DNA of 63,164 nucleotides, filler included, from Octopus bimaculoides (GCF_001194135.2; 9 parts of 9 records of this genome joined end to end with filler, not necessarily neighbours in it); one strand, 5' to 3'. Numbered from the whole stretch's first letter, positions 38,220 through 51,340 are shown. Made by a program: numbers and translations. The notes: generated by a model from the letters alone, not told the origin.

Positions 38220-40790
38220 TATATTGGATAGATATTATCCCTTAGTGGGTTGGTTTCACGCGATACGAACAAGGACAGATGAATTCCTTCCTGAACCGCA
38301 CCAACACTTTGTACATGGAACAAATATTACTCCAACCAACCAGGGCAGGTAACATACTGGATCTCTGCTTCACAAATAATATGGATCTCATCCATAATGT
38401 GAAAGTGACACCAACGCTACTCTTGGATCACAACATGGTAGAGCTGACCATGTATGGACCAAAGGAAACCATGGACATGCAGCCTACAAGAAACTCTCAG
38501 AATCTTTCCAATTTGAACTTCCATAAGGCAAACTGGAAACAAATTGAGAAAGAGATCCTCAAACAAAACTGGCCTAAATGTCTCTCCTCACCGGACATCG
38601 ACATGAAACTTAAACGATTCATGTCTGTAATGCAAGCCATATGCTACAAATGTGTCCCGGAGAGAAAGGCCACTGTACACAAGAACAAAATCCCCAGGGA
38701 GAGGAAAATTCTTATGAGACGGTGTACAAAAGTTTCAAATCGCCTAAACAAAAAAATTGAAAGCAGTGAAGTCTCGCATGAAAATACAACTGCTGGAGAT
38801 TGAAAAAAATCTGCAACTCTCCCACGAAAAAGAAAGTACAGACAAAGATGCCTGGGCTATAGACAATATAAAATCTAGCCCCAGAGCTTTCTACAAGTTT
38901 GCCAAAGAAACAGCTTCAGTGCATTCCTTGAAAAAGATGGTACACTAACAGGAAACCCAAGGAGGATAAGTGAAATACTAAATGAGCAATTCAAAAGTGT
39001 TTTCACTCCACCCTTAGGGCACTTTCAAGTCAGCAATCCAACTGACTTTTTTACCACTGCAGATATAAAAACAGAGGCAGTGATGATCAATCACATCAAT
39101 ATAAAGGAAGATTATGTCAGAAGTGCTATAGAAGAAATGAACCCAAACTCAGNNNNNNNNNNNNNNNNNNNNNNNNNNNNNNNNNNNNNNNNNNNNNNNA
39201 GTATGTAAACGAGTCCTAGCAAGACTACTACAGTCCCTCTTTCAGAGCTTCCTTGCATCTGGCAAACTCCCAAGAAAACTGAAGGAGGGTAAAATATGCC
39301 CTATTCATAAAGGAGGTAGCAGAGCAGAGGCCAAAAACTACAGACCTATCTCTTTGACCTTGCACATCAGTAAGGTCATAGAATGAATAGTCAGAAGAAA
39401 ACTAATCACCTTTCTTGAAGAAAATGACTTGCTGCCTGACACCAAACATGGTTTCTGACCAGGAAGAAGCTGCCTGACTCAGCTCTTACAACACTATGAT
39501 TGGGTGCTGAAACAGCTACTTAACCACTCAAATGTGGAAGTGATATATCTCGACTTTGCAAAGGCCTTTGATAAAGTCGATCATGGAATGATATGTCAAA
39601 ACTGCATGATCTCGGCATAGTTGGAAAATTGGGAGAATGGCTTCATGACATTCTGAAGGATAGAAGTCAGGTGGTAGTAGCCAATGGACCACCTCCAATG
39701 ACACGCAAATAGTGAGCAGTGTTCTGGAAGGCACTGTTTTGGGACCACTACTATTCATAATGGCTCTCTCAGACATGCCCTCAGCCACACACACAGCCAC
39801 AATCACAAGTTATGCAGATGATACAAAAGTCTCACAGGTAATACAGAACCCTGAAGACACTATACACCTGCAATGTTAGTTGGATGAAATATACAAGTGG
39901 GCTGAAAAGAATAACATGTAGTTTAATGCTGAAAAGTTGCAAGCCTTGTGCTATCAGCATGCAAAACTAAATGCAGTACCCGTTAAATACAATGGACCTG
40001 GAGGGCCTGCAATCCCAGAGGGACAGTCAGTGCGAGACCTGGGCATTTACATGAGTAATAATGCATCCTTTCATGTTCATGTTGCTAAATTGGCAATGAA
40101 ATACAGGCGACTGACCGGATGGATTCTTAGGATTTTTAGAACAAGAGATCAGGAAACCATGATAGTCCTCTGTGGGACACTTGTTCTAAACCACTTTGAC
40201 TATTGTCTCAGCTATGGTCACCAACCAGTGCCAAATTAATCTCAGAACTTGAGTCAATCCAACGAAGCTACCGGAAGAAGATAGCCTCTATGCATCATAT
40301 AAGCTGTTGGGAAAGACTCAAGAGATTAAGACTCTCTTCCTTAGGGCGTAGGTGAGAAAGATATGCCATGATATACATCTGGAAGATCCTTGAAGGAATT
40401 GTCCCAAACTTTGGCATCGAAAGTTACTCAAATAAAAGAACTGGACGCCATTGCATATTGTCAAGGACTCCAAATTTGCCATCAAGATGTAGGACAAGAT
40501 ACTGCAATAGCTTGGGCTTCAGAGGTCCACAGCTTTTCAATATCATCCCGAAGGACCTGAGAGACCTGCATGGGGTGGATGTAGGTGTCTTCAAGATGAG
40601 GCTGCACCTCTTCCTGTCAGGTGTCCCAGATGAACCAACTTCACGGCAGGAGGTGCAGATGAGGGCAGCTGCATCAAACTCTCTCATGCACCAAATGTCA
40701 ATTCCTGAAGTAAAACTGTGTAGCAACACCAAATGGCGGTGCTCCAGCATGGGCACAGCTCATGAGCTGATACTAGATAAAATAGAAAAA
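38220..40790 (+). mobile_element. CR1-like LINE, 5'-truncated (end of APE endonuclease, RT, 3' UTR), with stops and frameshifts
   Basis: QPTRAGNILDLCFTN; PIHKGGSRAEAKNYRPISL; IYLDFAKAFDKVDH; GTVLGPLLF; YADD at 39811-39822; C-terminal GPQLFNIIPKDLR...FLSGVPDEP. Confidence 0.95.
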
Positions 40791-40944
40791 AAAAAAAGAA
40801 AATGAAAATGTATATATATGCATATGTATATATGTATATAAGCATATGTATATATATATATATGTAATAATACAAAGAATATATATACATGTATACACAC
40901 ATATATGTACATACTTACATCTACATGTGTATATACATGCATAT

Positions 40945-41165
40945 CAGGGTACAGGACGTTAGAACAATAAACTACAGACAACGGAACGAACATATAGGAA
41001 AACGGAAAGCCACTTGGAATATCCCTTCATCAGCTGTCTCTATTCTATCTAGACGTTTCGAAGATAAGACAGAACGTACCCTAGAATAGTCTCTTCCTGA
41101 GTAGTGGATCAACCCACTACACAGAGGATTCCAAGGTGGCAACACAAACCAAGACAGGAAAAAAT
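40945..41165 (-). mobile_element. Probable PLE terminal fragment with hammerhead-like motifs
   Basis: Minus strand has CTCAGGA-agag...cttc-GAAACGTC-tag followed by CTGATGAAGGG. The core is imperfect. Confidence 0.35.
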
Positions 41166-41171
41166 GGACAG

Positions 41172-44100
41172 TATCATCTTTTAAAGTCCGCTTTCCATGC
41201 TAGCATGGGTTGGACGATTTCACCGAGTACTGGTGAACCGGATGGCTGCACCAGCTTTCAATCTGATCTGGCAGATTTTCTACAGCTGGATGCCCTTCCT
41301 AACGCCAACTACTCCGGGATTGTAGTGGGTGCTTTTAGTTGCCACTGGCATGAGGGCCAGTCACGTGGTACTGGCAACGGCCACGCTCAAAATGGTATTT
41401 TTTACGTGCCACCTGCACAGGAGCCAGTCCAGTAGCACTGACAACGACCTTGCTGAAATGATTTACTAACGTGCCACCAGTAAGGCAACACTGGTAACGA
41501 TCACGCTCAACTGTTGCTATTTACGTGCCACTAGCACGGAAGCCAGAAAGCTGCTCTAGCAATGATCACGCTCGGACGGTGCTGTTAGTGCTCCACTGGC
41601 ACAGGTACCAGTCATCGAATATGGTTCATTTACGATTTCAATTTCACTTGCCCCAACAGGTCTTCACAAGCAGAGTTTAGTGTCCAATCAAAGAGAACTT
41701 GGCATGGATGCCAGTCGTCGAATTTGGTTCGATTTTGATTTCAAATTCACTTGCCTCAACAGGTCTTCACAAGCAGAGTTTAGTGTCCAATGAAGTAAAG
41801 ATACAAATAAGTCAGCTGGCTACACTTCTGGCAGAGGCCACAGATTATGCTCTCACTTGGCTTGTCAGGCCTTCTCAAGTACTGCATATTTCCAAAGGTC
41901 CCAGCCACTAATCATTGCCTCGGTGAGCCCTAAAGTTCGAAGGTCATGCTTCACCACCTCATCCCAGATTTTCCTGGGTCTACCTCTTCCACAGGTTCCC
42001 TCAACCGTTAGTGTGTGCAACTTTTTCAGACAACTATCCTCATCCATTCTTGCCACATGTCCATACCAACGCAATCGTCTCTCTTGCACACCGCAACTGA
42101 TGCTTCTTAGGTCTAACTTTTCTCTCAAGGTACGTACACTCTGTTGAGTATGCACACTGACATTACACATCCATCAGAGCATACCGGCTTCGTTTCTTAC
42201 GAGCTGACGCATGTCCTCAGCAGCCACGGCCCATGTTTCACTGCCATGTAGCATGGCGGTTTGTACACATGCGGCATACAGTCTGCCTTTTACTCTGAGT
42301 GAGAGGCCCTTTGTCACCAGCAAAGGTAAGAGCTCTCTGAACTTTGTCCAGGCTATTATTATTCTAGCAGCTACACTTTCAGCGCACTCTCCTCCACTAC
42401 TAACTTGGTCACATAGGTAGCAGAAGCTATCAACTACTTCTAGTTTTTCTCCCTGGAGTGTGGCAAAGATTGTTTTCTGCACATTTTCCAGTGCTTATTG
42501 TTCCTGAGCATCTGCCACATACAAAAACTATCTTCCCAGTTAGCCTTCCTTTGATATTGCTGCAACTCTTATGTGTCCATAGCTTACATTGGGTACAACT
42601 TATGGAGTTTCTACCTACGCCTATTCTACAGATCGAGCAGTGCCATCTACCTGAAGGGCTTTGTGTTTTGTCTACCTTCCTACTTATTAGGACTTTGGTT
42701 TTAGCTAGGTTGACTCTAAGGCCCTTTGATTCTAGTCCTTGCTTCCACACCTGAAACTTCTCCTCTAGTTCTGATAGTGACTCAGCAATTAGGGCAAGGT
42801 CATCAGCATAGAGGAGCTCCCAGGGGCATCCCGTCTTGAATTTCTCTGTTATTGGCTGAGGACTGAACTTTGGTGGACCCCTACCTCTACCCGGAATTAT
42901 TCACTGAACTCGTTGCCAACCCTCACCTTACTGGCAGCATCTCTGTACATGGCTCGCACAGCTCTCACTAACCATTCTTCTATCCCAAGTTTCCTCATTG
43001 ACCACCAGATAAAGGAGCGGGGGACCGTGTCAAAGGCTTTCTCCATGTCAACAAATGCCAGGTACAGAGGTTTATCTTTCGCTAGGTTTTTCTCCTGAAG
43101 CTGTCTTATCAGAAATATAGCATCAGTGGTGCTTTTTCCCTAGAATGAACCCAAACTGCATCTCATCTAATCTGACTCTCTCCCTAATTAGTTGAGCTTT
43201 GACCTTCTCAGTGACCTTCATTACCTGGTCCAACAACTTGATACCTCTGTAATTGTTTGTGTCTAAAGCGTCATCTTTACCTTTGTAGCAGTTGATTATG
43301 GTGCTGCTACACCAGTCATTGGGTATGACTCCTTTGTGTATCACCTGATTAACTATACGGGTAACTAGGCTATAGCCGACATTACCAGATATTTTGAGCA
43401 TCTCTGCAGTGATTCCTGATGGGCTGGGGGCTTTCCCTGTCTTCATACTCTTGATTGCTTTATCTACCAAGGTACTGTCAATTAGGATAGCTGGTCCCTT
43501 TGTTGGGTCGACATACGGCAGACTCTCTTCCTCCCAGTCTTTCTCTTTATTAAGCAGCGTTTCATAGTGGCGTCTCCAGACCTCTCTCTTTGCAGCCTCG
43601 TTTAGTGCAAGTGAGCCATCATCCATGCGGGCACATTGTTCCACCACCACATTACTTTGGGTCGAGAGGGGACTTTACACCATCCACAGATCTGGTCAGT
43701 GGCTCTCAGCAAGTTGTCCCGTAGAAACCTCCAATTGTCTTCCACATTATGTGATGCTATATCCCCTTCTATTTCTTCAAAGGCTTCAAGTAACACATCT
43801 CTAAATCTCTGTCCATTTGCAGGATCTTTAAGCTTCCAGACCCTTCTCCTCCAGGCTGGTCTACTTCTGGGCATCCATTTAGCCTTGATCCCGAAGTCAC
43901 TAACTACTAATCTGCGTTGAGGTGTACATTCTTCGCCTGGGAAGGTTTTGGCATTTATAAACAGTCCTCTTTCCCTTTACCTGTCGAGAATGTAATCGAT
44001 TTGGCTAGTGTGTCTGCCAGAGTGGTAGGTGACTAGGTGACAGGCACGTTTCCTGAAGTTGGTATTGCAAACCATAAGATCATTTGCATCACAGAACTCC

Positions 44101-44900
44101 AGCAGTCTCGTTCCCTCCTCATTGTGGGAACCAAAGCCATAGCCTTCATGTACGCCATGCAAGCCCCCTGCATGTTGTCCAACATGTCCATTGAAATCAC
44201 CATCCACAAAGAGAAGGTCCCTGTCATTCATCGACGAGGTAGTCATAACATTGGTCTTTCTGCCCATCTGGTAGCCCCAGTTGAGGGGCATAGGTCGAGA
44301 TTACGGTAGCTCACATATGGTGAAGCACTAATCTAATCTTAAGTGCTCTATCACCTACTCTGACTACCTCGATTACTTTATCAATCCATTTCTCCACAAG
44401 AAGTATGCCCACGCCCCCGACCCTGTCTGTGTTCCCTGCCCAGAAAATCTTGTACCTGTGTTCTTTGCCTGTGAGGAACCTAGTGGAACCTCCTCTCGAC
44501 CTTACTTCTTGGATGCAGCACAAATCTATGCGTCTCAGTTCAAGCATCTCAACAATCTCACCAGACCTACCTTTCAGTGTGCCAATGTTGAGAGTTCCCA
44601 TTCTGAGGGTGTGGGAGGTGTGGGCATGTGAGACCTTGAGATGACGGACAGCAGTGTCATGTACCTGAAAAGAAAGCTTGCATTTGGCAGAATTCATAAA
44701 GAGACAATAACCCACAACCTGCATACACTACACCATTTCTATGTGTTATATGATTCATAAACCCTGGGTAGAGGTGGGGATGGCATTAGGCCCCTAGAAG
44801 TATTTGCGGGAGACAACCAAGGATGACAGAGGTTAGGAACTTCCTGTAAAGGTGGAGGGGGTGGAAGGGCGGGCATACCACGAGCCAGCAAGTTTAGGCG
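41172..44900 (-). mobile_element. Near full-length RTE-clade LINE (APE endonuclease, RT, PHD finger, long 3' UTR), broken by frameshifts and stops
   Basis: GTLNIGTLKGR...DLCCIQEVR...GGVGIL; GDFNGHVG...SQIDYIL; NYRGIKLL...QFGF; FVDMEKAFD; YADD at 42799-42810; RLRWYGHVARM...GRGRPRKIW. 3' UTR 41172-41860. 5' boundary approximate. Confidence 0.96.
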
Positions 44901-45261
44901 GGAGCTACTTCTGCACTTTTATACTATGGTAGACAAATTTAGAGAAAATGAGTTAAAGAAATGATAAACTTGAATAAATAAATTAATAAATAAAATGTGA
45001 CGATTAACGGATATGCATGAATTTAAGACAAACAAGGAAGACGAATCAATCGAGCTATGTTTACAAGGTAAAGAAATAGATAGATAATAAAGAACAGATG
45101 GACGTGGCGGGGGTGGGGCATAGGGTTATGATCTACGCCGAAACAGGAGTACATGAACGAGGTTGAAAGAAAAAGTTCTTATCTATTTATCTTATGGATT
45201 TCCTATTCTGTCAGCAGAGAAATTTAAACTTAATAAGGAGAAGTAGAATATTTAGAATATT

Positions 45262-45764
45262 GAGCGTTCCGATAGTGCATTACCTGTCTGGCCAATGTAC
45301 AGTTCTTCACAATTAGGGCATTTGATGCAGTAGATTAGATTTCTACTTTTGCAGTTCATGTTTGCATTGGTGAATATTTTCCCTGTTTTTGTGTTCATAT
45401 ATGGGCCGGTATGAATTGATTGGCATGTACTGCATCGGCTATCATTGCATTTGGACACAGTGAATGTTTGATTTTTGTTGCTGAGGTCAAACCTTGCCTT
45501 TGTTAATAGCTTTTTCAAGTTTTTAGGATGTCTCTTACTGAGAGTTATACTTTGCAGTATGCGATGTTGCGTTATCGAAACGCTCACGTGTGCATCGACA
45601 ACAGATTAAAAACCCAGAGACACGCCAAATACCACTGAGTAACCATCTGGCAACATGTGGTCGTGAAACCTTTATGATATTTCCATTCCATAAACTTTAC
45701 AACCTGAATGAAATTGAGAGAAAATGCAAAGAAAGGGACTTTATTAAGAAACTCAAACCCACTC
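45262..45764. mobile_element. Penelope-like GIY-YIG endonuclease fragment with internal inversion (45262-45568 on -, 45569-45764 on +)
   Basis: Minus: KRHPKNLKKLLTKARF...CNDSRCSTC...NLIYCIKCPNCEELYIGQTGNALSER. Plus: SRVHRQQIK...HLATC...KERDFIKKLKPT. Confidence 0.9.
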
Positions 45765-46053
45765 NNNNNNNNNNNNNNNNNNNNNNNNNNNNNNNNNNNN
45801 NNNNNNNNTTAATTAATTAANNNNNNNNNNNNNNNNNNNNNNNNNNNNNNNNNNNNNNNNNNNNTATATAATCAGGAAAAGCACAAACACGCAGATGTAT
45901 ATACGTATACGTTATACATGCATATAAACACATGCACAGAAATGTGCATATATATACCCAAATATATGAAAATTCAAAAATATTTGCAAGAAAATGAATA
46001 GCATTAAATCACATATATAACAATGATAATAATTCATATTGCTGTTTTCGCTG

Positions 46054-46110
<57 letters not shown>

Positions 46111-46479
46111 NNNNNNNNNNNNNNNNNNNNNNNNNNNNNNNNNNNNNNNNNNNNNNNNNNNNNNNNNNNNNNNNNNNNNNNNNNNNNNNNNNNNNNNNNN
46201 NNNNNNNNNNNNNNNNNNNNNNNNNNNNNNNNNNNNNNNNNNNNATATATATATATATATATAATTACATATGTGTGTGTGATTGTGTGTGTACCCATAA
46301 CATTAGTAAAAGCGAAGCATCATAAAAAGAAGCATATCAACATTAAAAATTATATATACAACAATTATAACCACATCAAAAATATACATCTTATAACAAA
46401 ATATACAATAATAACTGTAATAACAATATCCATAAAACACATTATTATAAAACAATAACATTAATTGATGCTGTTGTTG

Positions 46480-47070
<591 letters not shown>

Positions 47071-47469
47071 GAAGAATCATAATATTAACTACAACAGAAA
47101 GAATATTGATAATACTTCCTTGTCTATCTTAGTACAAAGCGTTGACAAAAAGCCGAGCACTGCACCGATCGATACGGTGCGGTATTACATAAAAAAATAT
47201 GTGTAAATGAAATGAAGAAGAAAAATATTCAAATGAAAATTCTTCAAAGGAACAAGTGAAGCATTTGAAAGCTATTTGTGGGAGCCGTATATAAACTTAG
47301 TTATGCTGAACCCTAATGCAAGAGACCCCTTTCAGCGGTCTTTCTCGAAAATACAGATGCATTCTCAGAGAAACCGAGATCACTCGGATCATGTCTGCCA
47401 TTATCATCCACCTTTACTCTCGTTTTAAAGCGAAACTTGATAACGTTGATAAGAGTTTTGGTTAAAATA

Positions 47470-47910
47470 GTTGGCTACCTTGATCCTTTTCAATCTCATC
47501 CACTACACAACTTCTTTCGTCGTAGCCAAATGACAAATCACAATTGCCTGCTTTTCCTGGCCAAAGGAAGATAGGGCGAATATCTTCATAATGGATCCGG
47601 TTTATTGCAGAATACTCCCTAGACTTGTAAAGATCTGTTTGATAGAACTCCACTAGTCAGTAATGTTAGGGTACAAGACGACCAGATTCGTGCAGATGAG
47701 ATTCGTTACAATATGCACATCTCAAGTCAGGCTTGGCTAGCAGCACGTCCGTGTCTTTAGAGTTTATATCCAACCGGAAGTAGTCAACACCGCTGCTAAA
47801 GCAAATTTGTCGATATAGATAGCTCCACAACATATGTGTTTGAGAAGTTGTAAACAGCGAAAATGCCTTCGCAATACGAATTCTTACTTCCAAAAGCTTT
47901 GCGTCATTCT
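47470..47910 (-). mobile_element. Highly degenerate RTE-like ORF2 C-terminal remnant
   Basis: Same-frame ORFs 47666..47893 and 47462..47653 (EVRIRIAKAF...LLAKPDLRC...IRPIFLWPGKAG...VVDEIEKD) loosely follow the RTE post-RT consensus. Confidence 0.4.
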
Positions 47911-48103
47911 GATGATATTTTTAAAGATATTTTTTATATAATTAACAACTTTTTGCTTTAAGAGAATCTCTCCCTCTTTCTCTCTCTCTCTCTCTCTNNN
48001 NNNNNNNNNNNNNNNNNNNNNNNNNNNNNNNNNNNNNNNNNTTAATTAATTAANNNNNNNNNNNNNNNNNNNNNNNNNNNNNNNNNNNNNNNNNNNNTCA
48101 CGG

Positions 48104-48183
<80 letters not shown>

Positions 48184-48243
48184 AAGAAGAAGAAGAAGAA
48201 GAAGAAGAATAATAGCGCCAGCAACAGCAGCAGCAGCAGCTGC

Positions 48244-48321
<78 letters not shown>

Positions 48322-48664
48322 TGTAGTAGTAGTAGTAGTAATGATGATGATGATGATGATAACAATGCGACAATTAAATACAACCACCTGACACAATTAT
48401 GTTTTGGAATCACTTATTTCTTTATTTTTTATTATTGTTATTGTTCTGTTGTTTTTATTATATTTATCATTATTCTTGTCTGCCTTCTAATCTCACTTTC
48501 CAAAGAATTTTCTGGCAGTTAATAGTAAATTTTAACACATATTTTTGGTGTGCTGTTTCTGTTTATATGAGTGAGTACGCGAGGTCCGCTTCAATATGTG
48601 TGTATGTTTATAAACAAGCATATATTTATACATACTTATATACGTATATGTTTATATGTATGTT

Positions 48665-48712
<48 letters not shown>

Positions 48713-49293
48713 NNNNNNNNNNNNNNNNNNNNNNNNNNNNNNNNNNNNNNNNNNNNNNNNNNNNNNNNNNNNNNNNNNNNNNNNNNNNNNNNNNNNNNNN
48801 NNNNNNNNNNNNNNNNNNNNNNNNNNNNNNNNNNNNNNNNNNNNNNNNNNNNNNNNNNNNNNNNNNNNNNNNNNNNNNNNNNNNNNNNNNNNNNNNNNNN
48901 NNNNNNNNNNNNNNNNNNNNNNNNNNNNNNNNNNNNNNNNNNNNNNNNNNNNNNNNNNNNNNNNNNNNNNNNNNNNNNNNNNNNNNNNNNNNNNNNNNNN
49001 NNNNNNNNNNNNNNNNNNNNNNNNNNNNNNNNNNNNNNNNNNNNNNNNNNNNNNNNNNNNNNNNNNNNNNNNNNNNNNNNNNNNNNNNNNNNNNNNNNNN
49101 NNNNNNNNNNNNNNNNNNNNNNNNNNNNNNNNNNNNNNNNNNNNNNNNNNNNNNNNNNNNNNNNNNNNNNNNNNNNNNNNNNNNNNNNNNNNNNNNNNNN
49201 NNNNNNNNNNNNNNNNNNNNNNNNNNNNNNNNNNNNNNNNNNNNNNNNNNNNNNNNNNACAGACAGACAGACATACAGATAGACAGACAGACT

Positions 49294-49354
<61 letters not shown>

Positions 49355-49741
49355 CAGAGCTATTAGTGAGAGATTATTAATCCGGACAAAATATTTCATA
49401 AGCTCCTTGTTGGCACATCAGACTGACAATATTATTTAGATTAGTGAAAATCTCCAAGTATTCTTATGGTAGGGTACAACGTCATAGTTCATCACAATTC
49501 AATATTGTAAATCCGTGGTTGGGCTCCATAGAGACAAGGTATAAATAGTGGTTAGAAATGACTCTAACATGAGAAGCATTAATTTTTTTAGGTCGTTCCA
49601 TTTTCCTGACTTGATCAATAGACCAACTGAGTAAACGTGGCAATAACGTACCTATACTGACTACTTGAAACAGCTGTAAGCCAAATTTGCTTCAATAAAG
49701 GAATTATATGTAATGACCATTATTTATAAAATTTTCTGTCT

Positions 49742-49775
<34 letters not shown>

Positions 49776-49820
49776 AAGTAAAATATAATTGCCAACATAA
49801 TATGGCTATCTTGTAAAGGG

Positions 49821-50255
49821 CATTGTTTCTAGCTGGCTATACGACACATTAACTGTATCCTTATATTTTCGAACCAGGAATCCAGCATCCCCGCCCACCA
49901 CAAAACAATATCTGTAGACTAGTTTCAGGGTTATTCCACTACATCAGCACAGAGTGTCTGCTTGGCTAGGTGACGCTGCAGAATTTGCGGTTCGAATATA
50001 TAGATTTCAAAGTGACACACAGCCATTGATCTATAAATAGAAATAGTATTATTTCTAAATCTCTCAAAGAGAGACATACAGTATATATTCGAATCGTGAA
50101 TTCAGCAGCGCCACCTCGCCAAGTAGTTACTCTGTCTTGATGAAGAATAATAACCCTGAAACTAGTCCACAGATGTTGTTTTGTGCTGAGCGGTTCGAAA
50201 ATATAAGGAGACAGATAATGTCTCGTATAGCGAGCTAGAAATGATGTTTCTTGGG
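49821..50255. repeat. Inverted pair of a repeat family (arms about 49821-49935 and 50148-50255); same family at 58055-58130 and 59682-59760
   Basis: ctagctggctatacgacac...ccttatattttcgaacc...cacaaaacaatatctgtagactagtttcagggtta and its reverse complement. Confidence 0.8.
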
Positions 50256-50380
50256 GCTAATAAACAGTAGCAACGTCCCTTACAAGACAACCATGTTATG
50301 TTGGCTTTAAAGAAATATTACTGTATGTCTCTCGCTAAGCGATTTAGAAATAATACTATTTGTATATATATATTCTTTTA

Positions 50381-50575
50381 TTCTTTTACTTGTTTCAGTT
50401 ATTTGACTGCAGTCATGATAAAGCACTGGCTTTAGTCGAACAAATCGAACCCAGGAATTATTCTTTGTAAGCCTAGTACTTATTCTGTCACTCTTTTGCC
50501 GAACCGCTAAGTTACGCGGACGTAAACACACCAACGTTGGTTGTCAAGCGATGGAGGATGGACAAACACAGTCAT

Positions 50576-50623
<48 letters not shown>
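50381..50623 (-). mobile_element. SINE family A 3' half running into (CA)(TA)n and a gap
   Basis: Close match to 58921-59115. Confidence 0.9.
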
Positions 50624-51022
50624 NNNNNNNNNNNNNNNNNNNNNNNNNNNNNNNNNNNNNNNNNNNNNNNNNNNNNNNNNNNNNNNNNNNNNNNNNNNNN
50701 NNNNNNNNNNNNNNNNNNNNNNNNNNNNNNNNNNNNNNNNNNNNNNNNNNNNNNNNNNNNNNNNNNNNNNNNNNNNNNNNNNNNNNNNNNNNNNNNNNNN
50801 NNNNNNNNNNNNNNNNNNNNNNNNNNNNNNNNNNNNNNNNNNNNNNNNNNNNNNNNNNNNNNNNNNNNNNNNNNNNNNNNNNNNNNNNNNNNNNNNNNNN
50901 NNNNNNNNNNNNNNNNNNNNNNNNNNNNNNNNNNNNNNNNNNNNNNNNNNNNNNNNNNNNNNNNNNNNNNNNNNNNNNNNNNNNNNNNNNNNNNNNNNNN
51001 NNNNNNNNNNNNNNNNNNNNNN

Positions 51023-51049
<27 letters not shown>

Positions 51050-51053
<4 letters not shown>

Positions 51054-51340
51054 GTACAGAACGTTATCTTCGCTTCCTTAAGCCTCCAGATAAAATGGGC
51101 CAGCGATGTTACATGTCGTTTAAGGATATTTCGAAAGCTGGCGATGTGGTTGCGTTATCGAATTTTGAAAAGGTCGGCCGATGCCTCGATATATGCTTAG
51201 GGGCCTCCTCTAGTGTTTATAATGCTCTTATATTCCACGTATTTAGTCATGCATTGGTTATCCAGAGGACAACTGGACCTATCTCTGCATGAGCATAACT
51301 GTTTGATTTTGTATATCGAGCACTGGAGGGATTGGTTCTG
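51050..51340 (-). mobile_element. Penelope-like GIY-YIG endonuclease remnant, a second lineage
   Basis: My translation: KQLCSCRDRSSCPLDNQCMTKYVEYKSII...AYIEAS...FKIR*RNHIASFRN..KRHVTSLAHFIWRLKE, i.e. the CxC..CPL..C / VY / YIG / FKxR..NH..SF pattern. Confidence 0.8.

Noticed and set aside
45100-45150. ggcg...cgcc-GAAAC as hammerhead stem II
   Set aside because: There is no upstream CUGANGA core.
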